From an uncultured Victivallis sp. (GTDB lineage: Bacteria > Verrucomicrobiota > Lentisphaeria > Victivallales > Victivallaceae): a DNA stretch of 64,000 nucleotides. Positions within the stretch are counted from its first letter, which is position 1; each line of letters starts with the position of its first letter. Both the position numbers and the translations under genes were made by a program. Location of the stretch: assembly GCA_944389895.1 (NCBI GenBank), contig CALXOA010000062.1, positions 7,073 through 71,072 on the forward strand, read 5' to 3'. The notes below the pieces were generated by a model. It did no database searches and was not told the origin of the DNA. It saw only the letters and a list, made by a program, of their open reading frames with translations. Positions 57,527 through 64,000 of the stretch are shown here, piece after piece.

Positions 57527-58504
57527 TCAATGGGAACGGATTCCGGGGGATGGCACAGCTCCCGGTTCCTCCTTTTCCCCCCTGATTCCTTCTCCGGCCC
57601 CGGACTTCTGCAGGCGCCTGCGGTAAGATGAGGGAGGCTCGCCGCAGTAGCTTCGAAACTCCCGGCTGAAGTGATAAGGATCGGCAAAGCCCAGCCGGTC
57701 GGCACATTCCGCGATGGACAGTTCGGAGCAGGTCAGCAGACGGCAGGCACGCCCGAAGAGGATGCGTTTGTAATACTGCCCGGGGGAAATTCCGATCTTC
57801 GCGGCAAACAGCGCCTGAAAGCGCGAGGGGGAAAGATGTATCAGAGCCGCCAGTTCCGCGATGGATGGTTTGCGTTCCGCGCGGTTCAGCAGCCGCAGTG
57901 CCGGCAGAAGACGTCTCTCGCTTTCCCCGGGATCGGATAGCGCGGGCAGTCCGTTCCGTTCCGCCAGACGCAGCAGCTCCAGTGAGAGGGCGATGCCGTA
58001 CAGCTGATGCCGGATGGTCTGCGCGGTATTCAGAATCTCCGGCTGGCGGATCAGATTCCGGAGATGTTCCGCAACCGGCCCCTCCGGAGAGGGGATCGCG
58101 ATCGGCGGTACTCTCAGAAAGGAGAAGATATCATACTCCTGCCAGAATGTCGTGCGGAAATGAACCCAGAGGCTTTTCCGCGGCGTATTGCCGAAATCAT
58201 TCAGCCGGTGGGTGACCCCGGCGGGAATGAAGATCAGCGGATTGCCGGTCAGCCGAATCGGTTTTTCGCCTTTGATCAGGACCTCCACTCCCTCATCACG
58301 CGGGACTCCGGTTCCACAGGTGCAGAGGTCGAAGGGCATCGTGCGCCAGCCGGTCGAATGACCGGTCGGCACGTCGGTTTCACTGCCGATGATGAGTTCG
58401 AAGTCCAGATTCAGCGGCATCGGCTGTTTCACCTTTGCGGCATCCTGCGGAAGGCAGAAGAGATTGTCAATCGTTTTATTCATCTTTTCAGTGGAAATCT
58501 TCAT
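57527..58504 (-). CDS. AraC family transcriptional regulator (cupin sensor plus HTH)
   Basis: C-terminal AraC HTH: SIAELAALIHLSPSRFQALFAAKIGISPGQYY...ADRLGFADPYHFSREFRSYCGEPPSSYRR. Confidence 0.85.
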   Translation of the reverse strand: MKISTEKMNKTIDNLFCLPQDAAKVKQPMPLNLDFELIIGSETDVPTGHSTGWRTMPFDLCTCGTGVPRDEGVEVLIKGEKPIRLTGNPLIFIPAGVTHRLNDFGNTPRKSLWVHFRTTFWQEYDIFSFLRVPPIAIPSPEGPVAEHLRNLIRQPEILNTAQTIRHQLYGIALSLELLRLAERNGLPALSDPGESERRLLPALRLLNRAERKPSIAELAALIHLSPSRFQALFAAKIGISPGQYYKRILFGRACRLLTCSELSIAECADRLGFADPYHFSREFRSYCGEPPSSYRRRLQKSGAGEGIRGEKEEPGAVPSPGIRSH

Positions 58505-58590
58505 CGCCGGTTTCTGTCTGCAATGATAATTTAACTTCTGTTTTCGAGAGGCTCAACAACGGTTCTGCAGAAAATAAGGATTTTGAGGAA

Positions 58591-58941
58591 ATGTTGTATT
58601 TCCATATTGCGATGTTTCTCACATTTCAGGTCGCGGCGAATCTTTGCTTCAAATTCGGCGGCACGGCACCACATCATTTCTGGTGGGGGTTCGGGATCGG
58701 CAATCTGATCGGAATGTCAAGTATTGTTTTCATGATCATGATGTACAGAGCCATGCCGGCCGCGCTGGTGATCGCCATCGGGACCGGGGGAACTTTTCTG
58801 CTGAACCAGGTTGCGATCTTTCTCGTCTACCGGGAACGTATTTCCACTGCCGGCTGTGTAGGGCTGGGATTGATTCTGGCCGGGATCCTGATCACCGCAT
58901 TCCTGAACAATCCTGCCTCAATTGCGCAACAGGGAAGCTGA
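58591..58941 (+). CDS. Small 4-TM DMT-superfamily membrane protein (SMR/ArnE-like)
   Basis: 116 aa from the ATG at 58591, with four hydrophobic helices. It lacks the SMR TM1 Glu (Gln in its place). Divergent from the AraC gene. Confidence 0.5.
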   Translation: MLYFHIAMFLTFQVAANLCFKFGGTAPHHFWWGFGIGNLIGMSSIVFMIMMYRAMPAALVIAIGTGGTFLLNQVAIFLVYRERISTAGCVGLGLILAGILITAFLNNPASIAQQGS

Positions 58942-59287
58942 ATTTCGGCTGCAATCAGCGGCCGGCATCGCGAGCTCCGGCGCGGAAAGGGTCCCGGCCG
59001 TCCGGCTTCCTGCAGCCGGTTGCCGCGACGGTCCCGCGGAGTCCTGTTTGAATTGTGATCGCAGGGGAAGAAAGGGGGTCTCTCCCTCCGTTCTCCGGAG
59101 GCTTCCGGCTCTTCGCATCCACTCCGGTTGCAGCCAGGACGATGCCGGAATACTCCGGACTGCGGAATCCGGGGAGCGGAAACTTTCGTAGCGATGGAAC
59201 ATCTCCGGATGATTCCGGAATGGAGAGGAATCGGTCTGAACTCGTTCCTCCGCGACTTCCGGAGAGGTTCCGGCACCGCTTCCCGGG

Positions 59288-59331
59288 GGAATCCCTGCCG
59301 GACAGCTGTGTGGTTCCTGTGCAGGGATTCC
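59288..59331 (-). terminator. GC-rich hairpin 17 nt downstream of the stop of the 59348-60280 gene (no U-tract)
   Basis: Perfect 11-bp stem GGAATCCCTGC / GCAGGGATTCC with a 22-nt loop that contains the palindrome ACAGCTGT. Confidence 0.35.
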
Positions 59332-59347
59332 GGAGTGCCGTTTCCGT

Positions 59348-60280
59348 TCAGCGGACGGTGAATTGAACCTTGAAATTTTTCCCGTTGGGATGAGTGAATA
59401 CGACCGTTGTGGTTCCCGGTGCAATTCCCTTCAGTTCGATTTCCGCCTGATCGTATCGGAAGGGCCAGATCCCGTCGCGGTCATGCTCCATCTCGACACG
59501 GCAGATCCCGGCGTCATAGCTGGCGATGGTCCAGTAGAAACCTTTATCGGCGTCTTCCTCCAGTTCGAAGTCGATACTTCCGTGGAGCGGCACTGTCGCC
59601 TGGAAGGTTTCATTGGAGATGCTGTTCAGGGAGTAGTATTTGTCGTGGATCAGAGGGCGGAAGGCCGTGGGCGCCTGAACGGTTGCCGTTGCCACCGGAG
59701 AAGCCGGGGGCAGTACCACCGGTACGGCTCCGGTCGGAGTGGCGGTACCGGCCGGTACCGTGTGGATCCGTTTGAATTCCGCTTCCACATCCGCGAAGGT
59801 CACCGAGGAGCCCTTCCCGGCGGTGAGAACGATTTTCACGAACTTGACATCAGGGTTGGTTATGGTGAAGTAGTTTCTGGTCTTGCTCCAGAAGGCGGAG
59901 GCCTGGTAGGATTGTACGGCACCGGGCAGAGCGTTTTTCCCCGCATCAAATGCGATAAATCCGATTGTTGCGACCCCGGTCCCCTTCAATTCCGATTCGA
60001 TCTTGAGTGCGTTGCCGACGACCGGATGGAGGTCCGAAAGGACCGATTCCGGATTTTGAGCTGTCGCGTTGACCTCAATGGCAAACTCGTCAAAATCACC
60101 GCCCGGGACAATTCGGGTTGACCCTCCGCCGGATTGGATTGTCCAGCCGGGCGCGATCGCGGAGTTTGCCTGGGCACCGCGAAAATCCCCGTTGATTCTC
60201 AACTCATAGTCATCGTCGGCAAAGAGTGGAGATGTTCCGATTGCCACGATCATGGATGCCAGCAGAAGTTTTCGAGTCAT
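59348..60280 (-). CDS. Secreted protein with N-terminal CBM-like beta-sandwich, Pro/Thr/Ala linker and a small C-terminal domain (function unknown)
   Basis: ATG at 60280 is preceded by CAGGAGG. Signal peptide MTRKLLLASMIVAIGTSPLFA, a jelly-roll-like region (INGDFRG...WT...), then linker VPAGTATPTGAVPVVLPPASPVATATVQAP. Confidence 0.6.
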   Translation of the reverse strand: MTRKLLLASMIVAIGTSPLFADDDYELRINGDFRGAQANSAIAPGWTIQSGGGSTRIVPGGDFDEFAIEVNATAQNPESVLSDLHPVVGNALKIESELKGTGVATIGFIAFDAGKNALPGAVQSYQASAFWSKTRNYFTITNPDVKFVKIVLTAGKGSSVTFADVEAEFKRIHTVPAGTATPTGAVPVVLPPASPVATATVQAPTAFRPLIHDKYYSLNSISNETFQATVPLHGSIDFELEEDADKGFYWTIASYDAGICRVEMEHDRDGIWPFRYDQAEIELKGIAPGTTTVVFTHPNGKNFKVQFTVR

Positions 60281-60857
60281 AATTCCTCCTGATCGATTTG
60301 CGGAAAGCCGCCACTTCCTCTGCCACGATGGATTTCCGGAGATCCGGCAAGCGCCTGCCGCTTCAGTGTGGGGCACTGCAGGGCGAACCGATTGCCGGGC
60401 GGGAAATGCTTCGCAAACGGATTTGCACCAGGCTTTCCGCATACCCTGCTCCCGGGGGAACCGAAGCCGGCTGCCGCCTGCGCTGCGACCTTTACGGGAG
60501 AGGAACGTTATTGATGTTTCCGACGGTATTTTCACACCATCTTTGGTTGAACTCCACGGTACGCCGGGAGTTGCCGAATCACGTCGTTCCATGCATATCA
60601 TGCAGGAACCCGACAAAGTAATATGCACCATAAATCACAATTTTTCAAGTCTTATCGTGCGTCCTCCGTCGGATCCGGCCTGTTTCTCCGGCCGCGTGGA
60701 TTCAAAAAGGCGGGAGAAGTTCTTCTCATGGAAGCGAGGCGGAAAGGGAGGGGAATGCGGTATTTGAAAATTTCCCGTGATGCAGTATCTTTTATCGGAG
60801 TCATTGTGATTCCGCGGCAGGTCGGCCGTGTTGCAGTCAGCCAGAGAACAGAGCGCG

Positions 60858-61910
60858 ATGGTGGAACAATATCTTGAGGATCTGGAGAGACGCCTCGATG
60901 TTGCCGTTGAGGAGGAACTTGAGGCGGAGTGGAGAACTTTTCTCGGAGGATGCTTTCCGGAGCCCTGTTTCCGGCCCCGGCGCCGGAGTGCTGCTCCGGC
61001 ACGGATCGAATGGCCGGTGATCCTGATCAATCAGGCGTTGAAGGATCCGGAGTTGATGCTGTTGCGCGAGCTGGCGGCGGCTTCCGCCGTCATTGCGAAG
61101 GGCGACGGGCAGATTCTGAATATCCGCTGCAATTACGGAACCACGATTCTTCCGTCGTTGTTCGGTGTCGAGATCTTCTATCTGGAAGATCAGCATGACA
61201 CGCTTCCGGCGTCACACCCGTTGTCGGGCGGAATCGACGGCATCCGCACGTTACTGGAGGCCGGAGTGCCGGATTTCAACCGCGGCTGGGGTGCCCGGGT
61301 GTTTGAGACGGCGGCTTACTACCGGGAGAAACTCGATCCCTATCCGAAACTCCGGGAATATCTCCGGATCTATCATCCTGATCTGCAGGGTCCGCTGGAT
61401 CTGGCGGAGATGATCTGGGGAAGCGGTATTTTCATCGAGTTTTACGATCATCCGGAATTGATTAAAGCTTTCCTTGCGCTGTTGACCGAGACCTACCGGA
61501 GGTTCATGCATCGATGGGACGAACAATTTCCGCCGGTCAACGACCGTTTCTGTTCCCACTGGGGATGGGGCCATACCGGTCGAATTGTGCTTCGCGAGGA
61601 TTCCGCAATGAATCTTTCCGCCGAGATGTATCGGGAGTTCGCACTGCCGTTCGATCGGCAGCTGCTGGAGGAGTTCGGCGGCGGAGTGGTTCATTTCTGC
61701 GGACGGGGGGATCACTATATCGCGGACCTTGCCGCCGTGCCGGAAGTGACCGGGATTCAGCTTTCGCAGCCGGAGTACAACGACATGGAGACGATTTTCC
61801 GGAATACCGTGGATCGGGGGATTCCGCTGCTGGCGCTCCCGTTTTCGACCGGGGCGGAGCCTGCCCTTGCCGCCGGGCGCGATCTGCATGGACGGGTCCA
61901 TTGCTGTTGA
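60858..61910 (+). CDS. Uroporphyrinogen-decarboxylase (URO-D) family protein, MtaA/CmuA-like
   Basis: URO-D-like TIM-barrel pattern (..NYGTTILPSLFG.., ..REDSAMNLSAEMYREFALPF.., GGGVVHFCGRG with an H-x-C Zn-type motif). Start uncertain: ATG at 60858 or GTG at 60828. Confidence 0.45.
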   Translation: MVEQYLEDLERRLDVAVEEELEAEWRTFLGGCFPEPCFRPRRRSAAPARIEWPVILINQALKDPELMLLRELAAASAVIAKGDGQILNIRCNYGTTILPSLFGVEIFYLEDQHDTLPASHPLSGGIDGIRTLLEAGVPDFNRGWGARVFETAAYYREKLDPYPKLREYLRIYHPDLQGPLDLAEMIWGSGIFIEFYDHPELIKAFLALLTETYRRFMHRWDEQFPPVNDRFCSHWGWGHTGRIVLREDSAMNLSAEMYREFALPFDRQLLEEFGGGVVHFCGRGDHYIADLAAVPEVTGIQLSQPEYNDMETIFRNTVDRGIPLLALPFSTGAEPALAAGRDLHGRVHCC

Positions 61911-61938
61911 GGTGCTCCGGGCCCGGGCCGGAAGGCAT

Positions 61939-62865
61939 TCAGAGCAGCCGGCGGGCTGCGAGCGCACGTCGCCGGTATTCGGCCGGCGTGCAGCTGTACT
62001 GGTTGCGGAACAGGTGATAGAAACGGCTCAGACTCTGAAAATTCAGCCGGTAGGCCAGTTCCGCAATCGATTCCCCGGAATCCGCCAGCAGCCGGGCGGC
62101 GTGGTTGATCCGCAGCTCATTGATAAATTCGGTCGGTGTGCGGTCGAGATGCCGCCGGAACACTTTGCACAGGTATTCCGGTGTGTAGCCGGAGAGCTGC
62201 TGCATCCGCCTGAGTCCCGGGATGAAATTTTCCGGGGCTTTCATTTTCTCGCAGAGATGTTCCAGCCACTCCGGCGCATCGGCGGAACCGGCGCTCTGCC
62301 GCGGCAGAAAAAAGCGTGTGAAGAGTTCCGCCAGCAACACCTTGAAGCGGATCTTCCGGACTGCCGGCGTGATTCCCTGCGCATTCAGGCTCAGCAGTTC
62401 CAGGGAGAGTTCATTCATCCGGCTTTCCGGCACCCGGAATACGGCCGGGAGTACACTTTCGGTATAACGGTGCAGAAAGGCGTCATCTTCGAGGTAGCGG
62501 CTGATCGTTACGAAGAGTTCCAGGTGAAAAGAGAGCAACAGCAGTTCGCAATCGGGCGCCCCCGGGGCGGGCAGAAAGCCGTGGCGGTCGTCGGGGCGCA
62601 CGAAAACGATGCTGTTCGGTTCCAGCAGCTGCCGCTCCCCGTTGACACGGTGGATGATCGAACCGGAGAGCAGAAAGATCAATTCACCGAACTCATGCGA
62701 ATGCTCCACGGTTCCCCCGGAAGGCAGCGAATGGTAGTGCAAATTTCCGCCGCTCGGAATGGAGGACTGTCTGCGCCCCGCATTCCAGCTGATCGCGTGG
62801 AACGACACTTCCGCGCCGACGGCCGGATTGATGAAGTTTCCCAATTCCAGTGTGATTGTTCCCAT
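61939..62865 (-). CDS. AraC family transcriptional regulator (cupin sensor plus HTH)
   Basis: Cupin region (HSHEFGELIFLLSGSIIHRVNG) and AraC HTH (..LSGYTPEYLCKVFRRHLDRTPTEFINELRINHAARLL...LNFQSLSRFYHLFRNQYSCTPAEYRRR). ATG at 62865; the rest of the 531-aa ORF is antisense to the next gene. Confidence 0.85.
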   Translation of the reverse strand: MGTITLELGNFINPAVGAEVSFHAISWNAGRRQSSIPSGGNLHYHSLPSGGTVEHSHEFGELIFLLSGSIIHRVNGERQLLEPNSIVFVRPDDRHGFLPAPGAPDCELLLLSFHLELFVTISRYLEDDAFLHRYTESVLPAVFRVPESRMNELSLELLSLNAQGITPAVRKIRFKVLLAELFTRFFLPRQSAGSADAPEWLEHLCEKMKAPENFIPGLRRMQQLSGYTPEYLCKVFRRHLDRTPTEFINELRINHAARLLADSGESIAELAYRLNFQSLSRFYHLFRNQYSCTPAEYRRRALAARRLL

Positions 62866-62965
62866 GTAGATTAATATAGAGCAAAACATTGCAAAAGAAA
62901 AGAAGATATTTCCGGAAAATCTGGTAAAATATAAAGAAAAAGTCACGATGCTTCCGGAGGTTTGC

Positions 62966-63979
62966 ATGCAGCATGATATGAAACGGTTTATACGGGAGAT
63001 TCTGGAATCTCCGCGTCGTCGGGCGATCCCGATCATGACCAGTCCGGGAATTGAGCTGGTCGGAGCCTCTCCCGCCGACGTGTTCCGGGACGGCGCCCTG
63101 CAGTTCCGTTGCATCGAGGCGCTGGCCGGTGAAGTGCACGCGGATGCGCTGGTCACCTTCATGGATCTTTCGGTGGAGGCCGAGGCGTTCGGTTCCCCGG
63201 TGCGGTATTCGGAACATGAGAATCCGACGGTGTCCGACAGTATCGCTTCCACACCCGAGGCGATTGAGGCTCTCTCCGTTCCCGGGGTCGGGACAAAGCG
63301 GACCTCCGAGGTGCTGCGCTGTGCGCAGTTGTGTGCGGAGAAACTCGACCGGCCGGTTCTGGGGGGAATGATCGGACCGTTTTCGCTGGCCGGCCGGCTG
63401 GCCGACATGACTGAAATCATGATCCTCGCGGCGGTGGAGCAGGAGGCGGCGGCGCAGCTGCTCGACAAGGCCACTTCGTTTCTGGTCGAGTATGCGAAGG
63501 CGTTCCGGGCGGCGGGGGTGAACGGGCTGATCATTGCCGAACCCGCCGCCGGGTTGCTTTCGCCCGATATGTGTCGGGAGTTTGCCGCCGACTATCTGAA
63601 ACGGATCGTCGCGGCGGTGCAGGACGATGACTTCCCCGTGGTGGTTCACAATTGCGGCAATGCCGCCGATCGCCAGATCCCCGCACTGGTTTCGACCGGT
63701 GCCGCCGCCCTTCATCTCGGGAATGCGGTATCGTTGCCGGAGCTGCTGCCTCAGATGCCCCCCCGGGTGTTGCTGATGGGCAACATCGACCCGGTCGGCG
63801 TGTTGAAGGACGGGACTCCGGAGACGGTTTATGCGGCGACCGCCGGACTGCTGCGGGCGACCGCCGCGTGGCCCAATTATGTGCTTTCCTCCGGTTGCGA
63901 TGTGCCGCCCGGGGTAAAGCTGGAAAACGTTCGTGCCTTTTTCCGTGCGCTGGATGATTATAACCGAACCGTAGAATAA
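62966..63979 (+). CDS. MtaA/CmuA-type methylcobamide methyltransferase (URO-D family)
   Basis: Colinear with MtaA-type enzymes: ..LSVEAEAFGS.., VLGGMIGPFSLAGRL, GVNGLIIAEPAAGLLSPDMCREF, VVHNCGN (Zn His/Cys), LMGNIDPV and SSGCDVPPGVKLENV (Zn Cys). GGAGG lies 5 nt upstream of the ATG at 62966. Confidence 0.7.
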   Translation: MQHDMKRFIREILESPRRRAIPIMTSPGIELVGASPADVFRDGALQFRCIEALAGEVHADALVTFMDLSVEAEAFGSPVRYSEHENPTVSDSIASTPEAIEALSVPGVGTKRTSEVLRCAQLCAEKLDRPVLGGMIGPFSLAGRLADMTEIMILAAVEQEAAAQLLDKATSFLVEYAKAFRAAGVNGLIIAEPAAGLLSPDMCREFAADYLKRIVAAVQDDDFPVVVHNCGNAADRQIPALVSTGAAALHLGNAVSLPELLPQMPPRVLLMGNIDPVGVLKDGTPETVYAATAGLLRATAAWPNYVLSSGCDVPPGVKLENVRAFFRALDDYNRTVE

Positions 63980-64000
63980 CGAGGGAGAATCTGACCATGA

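Noticed and set aside
59348-59800. The C-terminal domain of the secreted protein, considered as a chagasin/I42-type peptidase inhibitor (EDADKGFYW versus NPTTGY.W).
   Set aside because: The other family motifs (GxGG loop, RPW) are not present, so the resemblance is too weak to call without a profile search.
60281-60631. The upstream 117-codon extension of ORF 59348-60631.
   Set aside because: The extension is Arg/Ser/Cys-rich with no signal or domain. The internal ATG at 60280 has a strong CAGGAGG RBS and starts a textbook signal peptide.
62866-63534. The N-terminal 223 codons of the 531-aa minus-strand ORF 61939-63534.
   Set aside because: This part is antisense to the well-supported MtaA-like gene and has Ser/Ala/Arg-rich nonsense composition. 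The AraC protein begins naturally at the ATG at 62865 (MGTITLELG..) with a full cupin-plus-HTH architecture.

Overview
This is a GC-rich bacterial chromosomal segment with high coding density and short, sharply AT-rich promoter islands. I found no rRNA, tRNA, CRISPR array, transposase or integrase. All product calls come from motif recognition by eye in the supplied translations; no database search was run.

The left 27 kb is mostly housekeeping:
- secF 3' end, ybaB-recR-rnhC-galM, a GH78 rhamnosidase, folC and tolB
- two class-V cysteine desulfurase paralogs and an eukaryote-type ornithine decarboxylase
- a YhaO/YhaN-type SbcCD-like nuclease/ATPase pair
- gltA, a Cu-type P1B ATPase, an NSS transporter and a DUF362 Fe-S protein

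The right 37 kb is a glycan-utilisation landscape containing:
- two giant GH2-family proteins, a GH5, and a frameshifted clan GH-A hydrolase
- a beta-helix (pectate-lyase-fold) protein and a BNR sialidase-like plus DapA/NAL-like pair
- mutM-lipoprotein-lexA and a MarR-MATE-GNAT operon
- an AraC / MtaA-like (URO-D family, Zn H-x-C motif) methyltransferase cluster

The most striking pattern is three copies of a module with the order sugar-sensing regulator -> small prepilin-type H-X9-DG (DUF1559-like) protein -> secreted glycanase. All three pilin-like proteins lack the canonical Gly at -1 of the prepilin cleavage site, and no T2SS/T4P machinery gene lies in the window. The expansion of H-X9-DG proteins suggests a PVC-superphylum organism (Lentisphaerota/Kiritimatiellota/Verrucomicrobiota-like). 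That taxonomic guess is inference only.

Other points worth a second look:
- an unannotated micro-protein pair (42-aa TM protein and 55-aa lipoprotein) translationally coupled behind a coiled-coil membrane protein
- a CT-repeat frameshift splitting a glycoside hydrolase
- several long untranslated leaders or intergenic regions (ODC leader with a terminator hairpin, a 400-nt leader behind a consensus promoter, a 577-bp divergent region with cobalamin-riboswitch-like fragments)
- a 13-bp direct-repeat operator pair at the MarR promoter
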